From Octopus sinensis (lineage: Eukaryota): a DNA stretch of 64,000 nt. This document shows positions 24,240-37,419 of the stretch, piece after piece; position 1 is the stretch's first letter; each line of letters starts with the position of its first letter. Both the position numbers and the translations under genes were made by a program. Below the pieces are notes generated by a model that saw nothing but the letters and a program-made list of their open reading frames with translations, had not been told where the DNA came from and made no database searches. Location of the stretch: contig NC_043008.1 in the NCBI RefSeq assembly GCF_006345805.1, positions 55,428,001-55,492,000 on the forward strand, written 5' to 3'.

Positions 24240-24755
24240 GGATTTGCGAAGACTTGTTGAGGCAAGTGAAATCGAAATTGAAATCAAATTCGATGACTGG
24301 CATCCGTGCTAGTGGAGCGCTAAGAGTACTATATGAGTGAGATCGTTACCAGAGCAACAAGCTGGCCTCTGAGCCAATAGCACATTAAAAACACCATTCA
24401 AGCGTGATCATTACCTGCGTCACCTTACTGGCACTTGTGCTGGTGGCACGTTAAAAAACATTTGAACGAAGTCGTTGCCAGTGCCGCTAGACTGGCTCCT
24501 GTGCAAGTGACACATAAAAAGCACCATTTGAGTATGGCCATTGCCAGTACCACCTGACTGGCCCCCGTGCCAGTGGCACGTAAAAGCACCCACTACACTC
24601 TCGGAGTGGTTGGCGTTAGGAAGGGCATCCAGCTGTAGAAACTCTGCCAGATCAGATTGGAGTCTGGTGCAGCCACCTGGTTCACCAGATCTCAGTCAAA
24701 TTGTCCAACCCATGCTAGCATGGAAAGTGGATGTTAAACGATGATGCTGATGATT
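24240..24755 (+). mobile_element. Family E long 3' UTR with internal imperfect tandem repeats
   Basis: Repeated GGCAC.TAAAAA.CACCATT.GAG units, then GAGTGGTTGGCGTTAGGAAGGGCATCCAGC and GTTAAACGATGATG tail. Confidence 0.8.
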
Positions 24756-25639
24756 GACAGAAAGTCCTCCTTCTTCAGTTTAAAACATCTGGTGGTTCTT
24801 CCAACTGAGCAGATACATGGTATGCCAACTAATTAAGTGAATTAGGAGTCGTCCACAAATCCATTGTTTTTGAGTTATACCATAGTTCAGCCTATCTAAA
24901 GATCACACTCACACTGTAACATGCAGGGCCACATGGTAAGACTCAAGGGTTAGTTGCAAGGACGGTTCTTCACTGTCCAGTTTAGCCTTGTCAGACATAT
25001 CATCAAGACAGGCCAACCACAGCCTTGTAAGTGGATTTAGTAGATGGAAACCAAAAGAAGATTGATGTGTATGCGTATGTGTGTTGTAAGTTGATCTATT
25101 CATGGCCACCATTGTTTCAGCAAAAGCTAATGTTGGTGTCATCTGATAAGGTTATCTGGGCATATAAGCCCATTTACAAAATATTCTACATTCTGCATCA
25201 AAGTCTTTCATAATTGTGAGCAAACAAGATTATTGGATTGAAATTTTCTACATAAATACATGGAAAATATGGCTGCTGTTTTTAACATGTTTAGTGACCA
25301 TATAGAGGCTGCTGCACTAAGTTCTTCAATTATGTAACCTAGTGATTTCAAAACTGATGAAGAATTTAGGGGTACTAAGTTGCCAGCTATATCAACCAGG
25401 TGAAACAACTATATGGTCTCACCTTGATTAATAACAATACAGAAATAAAGTTTTACCTTTGTTGTGTAATTGTATGTATATTTGAACAAATGCAAGTATA
25501 AGTGTTCATATGATTGTATGTGTGTATGTGCATTCCTGTGTGTGTGAGCATTCACACCTGTGCGTACATAGTCATACCTGCCCACAAAGGCTTGAGTATG
25601 GGAATGTATGTGTGTATGTACAGGTATGTAAAAACTAAA

Positions 25640-25972
25640 GACCCTCTCCGGTCATGAATGACCATGGGATTGCACCTAGAAAGTTACCCTCTGAGGCACA
25701 AGTCCGGGTAAGGTTGTTTATGAAAGACCAGCAATTGGCCATGCATACCAGCCCCTCATCTCTAAACCACTGATGCTATCCAGGGAAAGGCCAAAACCGA
25801 TACAGCTTGGCACCAATGACATCACAACTTGTTTCTACAGCTCGAGTGAACTGGAGCAACACAAAATAAAGTGTCTTGCTCAAGAGCACAACACAAAGCT
25901 CAATTCAGGAATTGAACTCACAACTTCACAATCATAAGTCTGATGCTCTAAGCACTGAGCCATGCACCTTCA
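25640..25972 (-). mobile_element. Family D1 SINE
   Basis: Homologous to 14985-15285; reverse tRNA-like head. Confidence 0.85.
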
Positions 25973-26569
25973 CACAGGTATGTATATACATGTGTGTTAC
26001 TATAGTTGCCGAGTCCCTGGGTACCACTGCTGGCAATGCCCCATTGGAATGTATTAATTATTTTTTAGTCTGTGTATAAATAGCATCATTCTTTGTAGAA
26101 GAATGTTCAAAATCTTTTTTGCATAAGCAGACTAAAGGAAGAAGAATCAAAAACCATCTAGAGTTCATCCTTCCTTAATCTTTGTTACATACACACACGC
26201 ATGAATGCACAAGCACACGCACACACAACCTCTCATCTTTTATTGCAAATGCTGGTCACTTCTGGTCAGCTTTCTGATGGACAGATACATGAATTAAAAT
26301 TGCACAAATCTATTTTCATATGATATATGGTGATAACATACCTGGGGATAGTTGGAGATCACACCTGTTAAAAGAGAAGAAAAGAAAATATATATAGAGA
26401 TATATAAATAATATATATGTTATATTCTGGGTAAATTTACGATACACTATAATCAAATTAGAATATAAATATAATAAGGTTAGGAAAAAAATCCACAGAT
26501 TCCGCAGCATGACACCTTAGGCAAGTATCTTCTACTGTAGACTCAATGAAATTTTGTAGATGGAGACGT

Positions 26570-26896
26570 TATTTATTAATTTATTTATTTATGTGCCCTT
26601 TTCAAGCCTAGCCGGGCTCATGGGCCCAATTTCCCGGTTTCTATGGTATATGTGTTTTCCTCCAGCTGGACAGGAAGCCAGTCCATCGCAGTGTTACTCA
26701 AGAAAAATGAAGAAACAGTGAGAGAAAGTTGGGGCGAAAGAGTACAACAGGGGGCGCCACCACCCGCTGCTGGAGCCTCGTGGAGCTTTGGGCGCTTTCG
26801 CTCAATAAACACACACAATGCCCGGTCTGGGAATCGAAAGCACGATCCTCCGATCATGAGTCCGCTGCCTTAATCACTGGGCCATTGCGCCTCCAC
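26570..26896 (-). mobile_element. Family C variant (C2) SINE inserted in a family A fragment
   Basis: Reverse head GGAGGCGCAATGGCCCAGTG; TSD AGATGGAGACG at about 26558 and 26897; homologous to 41383-41680. Confidence 0.85.
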
Positions 26897-27189
26897 AGAT
26901 GGAGACGCACAAAAGCCAATTACATACATGTGAATGTGTGCATATGAACACACACACACATGAAGGATTGCTGATAAATTAGTGTCAAAACAAAAATAAC
27001 ATGCATCCCTACATGTTAAGGTGGACTTAACCATTCATTAAAATACACACTAGCCTAAATAGTGGAGTCGATATGATCGACTAAAAATAAAAAAGAAAAA
27101 AAAGGAAATCCTTCGGGATGGTGCCACAAGAAAGATGTAGTTCAGAAAGTGGAACCAAAGAAAGTAGTAGTTAGCAATGTTGAATAATG

Positions 27190-27447
27190 ATTGTCAAGCA
27201 GTGATGGGAACAAACACACATAGATATATACACACAGATATAAACACACACACATACACATATTTTTTTATATACACACACATTCACAAACTGCAGGTTC
27301 TTTCAGTTTCCATCTACCATATCCACTCACAAGGCTTTGGTCAACCCAGGGCTATGGTAGAAGACACTTACACAAGGTGCCATGCAGAGGGACTGAACCC
27401 AGAACCATACAGTTGAGAATCAAACTTCTTACCACACAGCCATGCCG
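27190..27447 (-). mobile_element. Family A SINE, partial
   Basis: Reverse head, core and microsatellite. Confidence 0.8.
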
Positions 27448-28288
27448 TACCAAATTGGGTGCTAAAAATGTTGCAAAAATAAATTGTAATCAATTCTGAA
27501 GACAGAATGAGAAAGAGCAGAGGATGACGTGATTGAATCTAAAGAGAGAAACTCAAAAATAACAACAGATGAAATACAAATTAGCAAGCAACCATTATAT
27601 GTACCTATGCAACTCATTTTACAGAAAGAAAAAGAAAATAAATGGTAAAAATTCAAATTATGAAGACAGGAATGAATTTTCGATAATCAACATTTATCAT
27701 TCGAGTTATTTCCAATATAACAGTAATTGCTTCAGTTTCAAGAATACCGCACGTGATTCCTTCTGAGGCTGTTTCGAAACTTAAAAGCTAATGGATCGTT
27801 AGCAGGTGAAACGTTAAACGAGCTGTGCTGCAAGCAGTGAATGTTTAAACTGCTGGTGTTTTGGACAGACAGGCAAAAACCGAAATGATAGAAACTTGAA
27901 GATGTGCCCATATTTTGATAACTGAAGAACTGACAGCTAGAAAAAGAGAGAGAAATTACCAGAAATTGCTAACCGATAAGATGAAAGAAGGCAAAGAGGA
28001 AACGAAACAAAAGATAAGGGGAGGTCTTCAAGATAAAAGTGTTATGGTTGCTCACTTTGCATGTGTAATGCTAGCAAGTTTTCCATAAATCAAAATCTAA
28101 TCTATTTGTTTTAATTTGACTATCAGCTCCAAGAAAATCTAGTGCCAACTTCATATTTCACATTTAATCTATTCATTTGGTGAAATAATGGACAAACTAA
28201 AGACTATTTAAATGACTCAATTCATACAAATAACTTTGCAGGAAATTTAGTCAGTCATTGAATATTCATAATAATAATTATTATTATT

Positions 28289-28498
28289 ATTACCTCTGCC
28301 TTATCGAAAGCAGAAGTATTGTTTTCAGTTGTGTTTGTTTGTCTGTTTGTCCGTGGACAAGATCTCCCAAGAACCACTGGATGGATTCAGATGAAACTTT
28401 CAGGGATGTTTGGCCTCGTGACTGGCACAAACTGATTAGATTTGGGGATTGATCTGGTACCGGACAAGGATTCTGGTTTATTTTTTATATTTTCTTAA
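28289..28498 (+). mobile_element. Helentron-associated (HINE/DINE-1-like) non-autonomous element, 5' part
   Basis: ATTACCTCTGCC...GCAGAAG subterminal IR, GTTT/GTCT microsatellite; homologous to the inverted copy at 51438-51806. Confidence 0.7.
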
Positions 28499-28630
28499 CG
28501 TGTACATGTAAAGTTTCACATAGTTCTCTTGTACATATACACACATATACTCACACATTTTCAGACACAAAAATCCAGAAGACTTACAACTAGTGCTCAG
28601 GTTGACTCCACACACACACACACTCACACA

Positions 28631-28683
<53 letters not shown>

Positions 28684-28792
28684 TCTTTCCTTCTACAAGA
28701 AACTTGCTATGTTCAAGCTAAAAGAGGAATGGGTTCCATCAATTTTAAAATGCACAAAACATGCCATATGTCAGAAGTTAAGGGCCCACCAC

Positions 28793-29185
28793 TCTCTTTA
28801 CTCTTTTACAGGTTTCTGTCATTTGACTGCGGCCATGCTGGAGCACCACCTTTAGTCGAGCAAATCGACCCCGGGACTTATTCTTTGTAAGACCAGTACT
28901 TATTCTATCGGTCTCTTTTGCCGATCCGTTAAGGGACGGGGACGTAAACACACCAGCATTGGTTGTCAAGCAATGCTAGGGGGACAAACACAGACACACA
29001 AACACATATACATATATATACATATACGCAACAGGCTTCTTTCAGTGTCCATCTACCAAATCCACTCACAAGGCATTGGTTGACCCAGGGCTATAGTAGA
29101 AGACACTTGCCCAAGATTCCACGCAGTGGGACTGAACCCGGAACCATGTGGTTAGTTAGCAAGCTACTTACCACACAGCCACTAC
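28793..29185 (-). mobile_element. Family A SINE
   Basis: Reverse complement of the family A consensus. Confidence 0.9.
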
Positions 29186-29964
29186 TCGCTAATATTACTT
29201 TTCTTATGATAAGTATACTCAGAAGCTGTATACTTTTGGCAGTGAGAGGAATGTAATGTTGTGATGTTTACAAGAGCATCAGAAGCAAAACTGAAGTGCA
29301 TTGTGGGTACGGCTCACACCATCACCAATTACTAGATAACCCCGTGCACTAACAGCGACTGTAACTTTAGTGGGAATAACAATTCACTATAGAAAACACA
29401 AAGGTCTCAGATTTACAGAGAAATAATGGAAATTAAAGTTGTCAGCCTCTGAAACTATTTTTTTTTCCTTTCCAAAGGAATCATTGGCATTAATGAGTAA
29501 AGACTATGATCAAAGAACTGACCCCAATTGCAACATAAGGGCCACTAAGTGCTGGCCTTTGTTCTACAGGCATTTACCAAAAATGCTGATCATTTTGGTT
29601 AATTAGGCATTTTGTATGCAGATGAGATTTAGAGATGTCAATATCAATAAATTTAGTTTCCAACAACAAGACAGATATTCACCATATTAATGAGACGGTT
29701 TCAAATGAAGATACATGATAGGGTGTGTCATTGATATTTAAGCTAAATATTTATCATTGCAACAGATTGACATTTATCAAATTACATTCAATTTAAAGTT
29801 TATTTTCCAGTTCCAGACTATAAGATTGTGCAGGTACAAAAAACATACACAAACATACTAAAAAAACAAAAAAACAAGTATGTGTGTATATACATAAATA
29901 TATGCATATACATGTATTAACACATTTACACACAACAGATATATATATATATAGATAGATAGAT

Positions 29965-30383
29965 GTAGGCGTGGTTATGAGGTTAATGAGTTCTCTTTCC
30001 AATCACACGGTTTCGAGATCGAATCTTTGTTAATGAACATGACAAAAGGAAACTGAAAGAAACCCATTGTTTGTGTGTGTGTGTGTGCACGCGTGCGTCT
30101 GCATGTGTGTATGTGTTTGTGTGTCTGCATGTGTGTACATGTCTGTATGTATGTGTGTGGTGTGTGTGTGCACGCGTGCGTCTGCATGTGTGTATGTGTT
30201 TGTGTGTCTGCATGTGTGTACATGTCTGTATGTATGTGTGTGTGTGTGTGTATGTGCATCAGTGCATGTGTGTGTGAGTGTGTCTGTGTGTGTGTGAGTA
30301 TGTGTGCATGTGTGTGTATGAGGTGTTTGTGTGTACACTTGTCTTGACATCTTGTGATGATTGCAAACAAGCATCATTGTAAG

Positions 30384-30416
<33 letters not shown>

Positions 30417-30575
30417 TTATGTCCCTGTAACTTAGTGGTTCAGCAAAAGAGACCAATAGAATAAGTACTAGGCTTACAAAAGAATAAGTCCTGGGGTAGA
30501 TTTGCTTGACTAAAGGTGGTGCTCCAGCATGGCCACAAGTCAAATGACTGAAACAAGTAGAAGAGTAAAAAAGAG
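29965..30575 (+). mobile_element. Degenerate A-type head with expanded TG-rich centre, followed by a family A 3' half
   Basis: GGAAACTGAAAGAAACCC; ~83-bp compound microsatellite unit duplicated at 30078-30243; A 3' half at 30410-30572. Confidence 0.7.
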
Positions 30576-30810
30576 TATTTCATTTGTTTGACCTTATTAC
30601 AGTGACGGTACTTATTGGGTTTACAAAAGGAAAACAGCAAAATGGACTAGGGCAGCATTTGACCTAGTGCTGCCACCACCATTTAACATGCCCTTATCCA
30701 TCCTTGTATGGGTCAGATAGGATTTGTTAAAGCAGACTTTCTATGGCCGGATACCTGTCCTGTCACTAACCCATACCTGTTTTCAAGCAAGGTAATATTT
30801 CCCTCGAGCA

Positions 30811-31005
30811 AAATGCTTAGTGGCATTTTGTCCATCTTTACGTTCTGGGTTCAAATTCCACCAAGGTCAGTTTTGCCTTTCATTGCTCCAGGGTCAATAA
30901 AGTAAGTACAGTCAAGCACTGGGGTCGATGAAGTCAACTAGTCCCTCTCCCAAAATTTCAGGCCTTGTGCCTATACAGAAAGGATTATCATCATTAATGA
31001 CAAGG
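30811..31005 (+). mobile_element. Family B2 SINE fragment inside a reverse E-tail element
   Basis: B2 core; shares private tail sequence with 35712-35881. Confidence 0.75.
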
Positions 31006-31749
31006 CTTTGAATGATGGTGATGCTTGCCTACAACCATGACATAATGTTAAGACAAGGGTAAACACACAAACACACACACATGTATGTATATATGTATTT
31101 ATGCATGTACGTGAGGATGTATGTATATGACTGGATTTAGTAAATGGAGACGGGAAGAAGCCTCTCACAAGGCTTTAGTCGACCCAGGGCTATAATAGAA
31201 GACACTTGCTCAAGGTGCCACACAGTGACAACATGGTTTCTCAAACCACAGCACCGTGCCAGCACCTATTATAAATTTAGATCTTACGCTGTTCAGGTAT
31301 TTGCTTTTAATATTAGCCTTGGTATATTATTTATATTAGTATGATATCATTTATACTAGTGTTGGTAGGAAGCATTCATAAATTCAAACCAACATTCAGC
31401 AGGGAAATTGTTTACATCTTTCGATCTAAATAACTTTCTCTCACTCTTTTCGCACTCCTTTCCTCAGACGTTGTGTAGGTTGGCAAAATATGTGTGAATA
31501 GAACAAGATGAACTTGTACATACAAACAGATGAATTCACGAACCAAAATATGTTAGTAACTCTATCATTGCTTCAGTAAAAATATTCAGAGAATATCCAA
31601 TCATATTATTGTATAACTACATTATATTCATACCACCACATGTAAACAGAGTTGATTCTCCATTTCATTTGTTTATTATGGTACTGAATTTTGGTAGACC
31701 TATCAAAGACTTTCCCTTGTATTATGCAATCAAAAATCTGACTGTTTTA

Positions 31750-31935
31750 ACAATTTAGCAATCAGGTTACTCTGTCAAGTGTAATACTTATTTATTCACA
31801 TTGTTTTCAAGTTAATCACGCATTATCTTCATAGCTTTGAGATTCTGATGAACAATGTGATTGTTTATTTTTAGAATGACATTGTAGGGTAGGTTTGAGA
31901 GGTCAAACCTGGCTGGTTTAAATGCTAATGGATGA
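31750..31935 (+). mobile_element. piggyBac-like MITE family copy
   Basis: Degenerate TTTAGCA.T ... AATGCTAA termini; core shared with 11680. Confidence 0.65.
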
Positions 31936-32385
31936 AAGCATTAATATTCAAAACCTTTCCACCATAATTTCATGGAAAAGTATATCTTATTAAATTCTTG
32001 CAAATTCTTGATTTTCAAAATCAATTCAAGCACACAGACATTCCATTTTATCAAGAAATATACCAAGAAAAGAATTAACTTCTTTTTGCTGAATTTCAAT
32101 ACTTTAGTTTCACATTCTTAAAAAACATTGACAGCAAGTCACTAAATCTGCACAAAAAATCTTTTTTTCCAAATATATTTTTTACTTTCATATATAGATA
32201 TATAATATTGACAGCAAGTCAATGACATCTGTATTAAAAGAGGGTTATCTTTTTTGTATAGATATTTTTATAGAATTTATTCAAGTAATTTTGCTGTAAC
32301 AAAAATAATTTTCTATAAGGCCATTGAATAAGTTTAGCATTTCAAATTTAAAGTTACAAAACAAAAAAAAAACAACAAAATACAT

Positions 32386-32750
32386 AGGTGCAGGTATGGC
32401 TGTGTAGTAAGAAGATTGCTTCCCAACCACATGGTTCTGGGTTCAGTCCCACTGTGTGGCAACTTGGACAAGAGTCTACTATAGCCACAGGCTGACCAAA
32501 GCTTTGAGTGGATTTGGTCTTATATATATATATAATATATATATATGTCTCATCAACATTATCATATATATATTTATGTGTTTCTGTGTTTATGTCCCCG
32601 TATCTTAGCAGTTCGGTAAAAGGGATTGACAGAATAAGTACCAGGCTTAAAACAAAAGTACTGGGGTCAATACATTTGACTATAAATTTTTCAAGGTGGT
32701 GCTCCAGCATGGCCACAGTCTAATGACAAACAAGAAAAAGATAGAAGATA
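32386..32750 (+). mobile_element. Family A SINE
   Basis: Matches the family A consensus. Confidence 0.85.
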
Positions 32751-33469
32751 TATATTTTCATGTAAGATACTTCAGGAAGGATCTAACAATGTTTAGTTGC
32801 ATGCACCAGTAAGACACCACCAAAATCTTCCTTATTTATGAAATGAGAAAAAGAAGGAGACACTGCAGTAACTTATTGCTTTCTCCAAGTAAAATGATGA
32901 AGTTAAGCCCAGTAATTCAAAATAAAGAAACACCTGTTAATGATACAATGCTCCCACTGCTCACACCAATGAACTTGCACAACTGTACCAAGCCTGTATA
33001 CCTAAGTATAATGCACTCAATGAAGGAGCTTCTACATAGTTAAAATTAAAAAAGGACACACTAAATAATGCAGTCCTAGATACAGCATTCTTGAAAATAA
33101 GATGGAGTAGTCACATCTGGAGTGTCTTTAATAGTAAATCTAACTCAAACAGGGATGGGTTGATTGAACCATCATCTGATTAATATCAAATGGCATCAAA
33201 TCAATATCAAATTTATAACCTAAAGGCACCACTGAAGTGTTCCAGTTTCATGAAGTATATCTTAGGTAAAAAAATATGCTGGGTAGCTCCCTTAACCCAG
33301 GAGGTGATGCCCCAGTATGGCCACATCCCAATGACTGAAACAAGTGATGTATATACACACACATACACATAAAATTATACAATGCACACATTATATAATA
33401 TACAGAATTATACATACATATATAGACCCATGAATCAGAATTATATAATGTATACATTATATAATAAAT

Positions 33470-33532
33470 ATTAATATACATGCATATATATATATGTGTG
33501 TGTATGTGTGTATGCATATATACATACATGTA

Positions 33533-33598
<66 letters not shown>

Positions 33599-33629
33599 AT
33601 ATATATATATCTATATATATATATATATA

Positions 33630-33684
<55 letters not shown>

Positions 33685-33711
33685 GTGTGTATAAGTATAT
33701 ATATATATATA

Positions 33712-33745
<34 letters not shown>

Positions 33746-33768
33746 AAGTATATATAAGTATATATATA

Positions 33769-33800
<32 letters not shown>

Positions 33801-33830
33801 CTCATACATGCACACATACACACATATATC
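33470..33830. repeat. Long (TA)n microsatellite
   Basis: Direct inspection. Confidence 0.95.
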
Positions 33831-34659
33831 TAAGTACATTTATACCAATCAGTGACTTCAAACTTCAAAAACAACCACTAAGCTGTGTTGTTTTTTTAAA
33901 CTTCTATGCCCAATGTGTGTGTGTGTGTGTGTGAGTGTTTTCAGGGCTAACACAAAGGATTTTCTTTTTCAGAAAATGACGAAATATTACAGCAATTTCA
34001 CTTGAAGGATTCCAGCAAATTCTGAAATAGTAAAAGTCCTGTTTCCATTCCCCGCTCACAACATCCCAATTACCCAACTAAAAACCGAAAATATTACATA
34101 TTAGACTAAACGTTCTTTAACTGTAAAATGTGATAAATAAAATATAAAATAAAATAAAATAAAAAAAGTAGTCTCGCAACAAACAACCTTTGCCTTTACA
34201 TCGCTCTCCCTCTAGTTTGCTTTTAATTTTTTTTTGTCTTACATAGTTTTTTTCTTTCTTCTTTTTCATTTCTCTTTATCTCTATTTTCTCTCTCACTCT
34301 CTACTTATGATTAATTACAAAGATATAAATTTCGAGTTGAGCGATTCTAAGACATGCATTAAATTCATGAGGCATTTCTTTCATTTGCAGAGACAGACAA
34401 GCTTCTGCAACAACAACAACAACAAGAACACAAAACAGACTCTGTGTGTGTGTGTCATTCAATTGTGGACATTTTCATCGGATGACTTTATTTCATCAAC
34501 ACGCAGCCAAATATAAATTAAATAATATAAATAAATAAATAAAACAAATCAGATGTAAAGTAAAAGAAAAAAATAGAAAAATAAAAAATTAAGTAGAAAA
34601 AACATGAAAAAAAAATTGTGGTTGCTATAGCAGAAATATATTTAAAAAAAAAAGGAAAA

Positions 34660-34817
34660 CAGGAGTGGCCGTGTGGTAAGTAGGTTGTTTACCAACCACA
34701 TAGGTCCGGGTTCAGTCCCACTGCGTGGCACCTTGGGCAAGTGTCTTCTACTATAGCCTCGGGCCGACCAAAGCCTTGTGAGTGGATTTGGTAGACGGAA
34801 ACTGAAAGAAGCCCGTC

Positions 34818-34862
<45 letters not shown>

Positions 34863-35088
34863 GCGTGTGTGCATGTATGTTTGTGTGTCTGTGTTTGTCC
34901 CCCTAGCATTGCTTGACAACCGATGCTGGTGTGTTTATGTCCCCGTCACTTAGTGGTTCGGCAAAAGAGACCGATAGAATAAGTACTAGGCTTACGAAGA
35001 ATAAGTCCCGGGGTCGAGTTGCTCGATTAAAGGTGGTGCTCCAGCATGGCCGCAGTCAAATGACTGAAACAAGTAAAAGAGTAAAAGA
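34660..35088 (+). mobile_element. Family A SINE, young full-length copy
   Basis: Near-consensus with CpGs retained. Confidence 0.9.
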
Positions 35089-35134
35089 ATATATTACTAC
35101 CTCTATGCTTAAAACATATCTGATAGAATTTGTA

Positions 35135-35430
35135 TCATTATATCATCATTATCATCGTTTAACATTCGCTTTCCATGCTAGCATGGGGTGGACGATTTTG
35201 ACTGAGGGCTGGCAAACCAGATGGCTGCACCAGGCTCCAATCTTGATCTGGCAGAGTTTCTACAGCTGGATGCCCTTCCTAACGACAACCACTCCAAGAG
35301 TGTAGTGGGTGCACGGGGGCCAGTCAGGTGGTACTGGCAACGACCTCACTCGAATCTTTTTACACATGCCACCGGCACAGGTGCCAGTAAGGCGACGCTG
35401 GTAACGGTCACACACGAATGGTGCCTTTTA
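35135..35430 (-). mobile_element. Family E 3' end
   Basis: ATCATCGTTTAAC...TTTCCATGCTAGCATGGG...GCTGGATGCCCTTCCTAACG. Confidence 0.85.
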
Positions 35431-35464
35431 TTTTATATTTTATAATTATCGTTAACATCATCAT

Positions 35465-36450
35465 GAAGGTGACAAGCTGGCAGAATCGTTAGCATGCTGA
35501 ACAAAATACAAAGTGGCATTTTGACTGTCTGTATGTTCTGAGTTCAAATTTTCCAAAGGTTAACTTTGTCTTTCATCTTTTTGGGATCCATAAATTAAGT
35601 CCAGTCAAGCACTAGGGTTGAAATTCCTGGCCTTGTGCCAAAATGTGAAACCATTATTATTATCATCATCAAAGCAGCAAGTGAGCTGGCAGAATTGTTA
35701 GCATGCTGAACAAAATGTTTAGTGGCATTTTGTCCATCTTCACGCTCTGAGTTCAAATTCCACCAAGGTCGGTTTTGCCTTTCATTGTTTGAGGGTCAAT
35801 AAAGTAAGTACAGTCAAGCACTGGGGTCAATGAAGTCATCTTATGCCTATACAGAAAGGATTATCATCATTAATGACAGGCACTGAGCTGGCAGAATCGT
35901 TAGCTTGCCAGGCAAACTGCTAAGTAGAGTTTCACCTGTCTTTACGTTCTGAGTTCAAATGGTGTCGAGGTCAATTTCTCAAGGTCAATAAAATAAGTTC
36001 CAGTCGACAACTAGGGTCAATGTAATTGACCTGGCCCCTCCCTCAAACTTGCAGGCCTTGTGATAAAATTAGAAATCACCATTATTATTATTATCATCAT
36101 CATTATTATGCTTTAATTTTGGATTATACCAAGATCGACTTTGCCACCTGTCTTTACGTTCTGAGTTCAAATGGTGTCGAGGTCAACTTTTCAAGGTCGA
36201 TAAAATAAGTACCAGTTGACTACTAGGGTCAATGTAATTGACTTAACCCCTCCCCCAAACTTGCTGGCCTTGTGCCAAAATCATCATCATCATCATTATT
36301 ATTCTTTAATTTTGGATTATACCAAGATCAACTTTACCTATCATCCTTTCAGGATCGATAAAATGAGTACCAGATGTAACTTCCCCACTTCTGAAGAAAA
36401 AAAAAAAAGCAGCTGGCACTGTGCCAAAATTTGAAACCATTATTATTTTT
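35465..36450 (+). mobile_element. Cluster of about five head-to-tail family B2 SINEs
   Basis: Repeated CTGGCAGAAT.GTTAGC heads and CTTGTGCCAAAA + (ATT/CAT)n tails. Confidence 0.8.
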
Positions 36451-37191
36451 GCTGTTAGATATGGTGGTAGCAATGCTATTAGCTTATAGTCATTATTAAT
36501 TTGGAAACCATTAACACCTTTAGAAGATTTTTTTTCTAGTTCTTTGATCCACCCTTCTGTACAAAAATGTTGGAGTTTTAAATGGAGGTGAAGCATGTAG
36601 TGAACAGGTAAGGGGCTTCTATTAAATATTGTTCGTCTAGCAAACACTTGAAGAAACCATCAAAAAACAGTTTCTGCATTGTAACAATAACAAACACAAA
36701 CACATGCATAAAACAAGGATAAAAGTTAACAAAAACCAAAAAACTCGGAATTACAGGGTCGGTTTGTTCCTTTGTTTCCACTCTGCCACCCGACAAAAGA
36801 TAAAACCACAAATAAAATGTTAAAAACAAAATACAATATACTTAAAAAGCAATCAGAAAAGAAAAGAAATGGTAATTAGAGAAAAGTGGAAAATAATGAA
36901 AGCGCAGTTAAGAAGGGGAAAGTGTTATGATAAGATTTTAAGAAGGACTCATAGCCGAGAAATTGGGGTGTTGGCCAGATTGAATCATGAGTGTTTGTGA
37001 GTGAGTTTCCTAATGAAAGAGCATGCAATGTTGAGCAATCTAACTACGACCATATGTCAGATAAGATAATTCTTTGTTTTATAAAGGGAAATACATTATA
37101 TTACATACACATATGCACAATATTGTATAACGTGTGCAAGTGTGTGTGTGTATAAATACAATCATATTGTATATATGTTTATATATATATA

Positions 37192-37291
37192 TATATATTT
37201 TTAATATTCAGCAGAAGGAACAGAGTGACTCAAGGTTCAAGAGTTTCCTTGAGTCACTCTGTTACTTCTGCTAAATATTTATAAAAATATA
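37192..37291. repeat. Near-perfect hairpin
   Basis: Arms 37203-37235 and 37247-37279 (33 bp, 2 mismatches), 11-nt loop. Confidence 0.9.
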
Positions 37292-37419
37292 CCATAGAAG
37301 CAAGGTTCCAGGTTCAGTCCCACTGTGTGGCACCTTGGGCAAGTGTCCTCTACTACAGTCTCAGACCAACCAATGCCTTGTGGATCCGGTAGATGGAAAC
37401 TGAAGGAAGCCGTCGTATG

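Noticed and set aside
24590-24640. Twister ribozyme upstream of the GGTTGGCGTTAGGAAGGGCATCC motif in family E
   Set aside because: The twister core (GCCGGTCCCAAGCCCGG-like) is absent in all E copies seen.
29331-29370. Minus-strand Helitron 3' end (GCACGGGGTTATCTAGT)
   Set aside because: Hairpin is weak and no 5' end could be located.
33248-33839. Long YI/CV/HT-rich ORFs here and near 4.8, 14, 30, 54, 57 and 62 kb
   Set aside because: Translations of dinucleotide microsatellites, with no coding signal.
37236-37243. TTCAAGAG loop resembling the synthetic shRNA loop
   Set aside because: No vector or promoter context; treated as coincidence.
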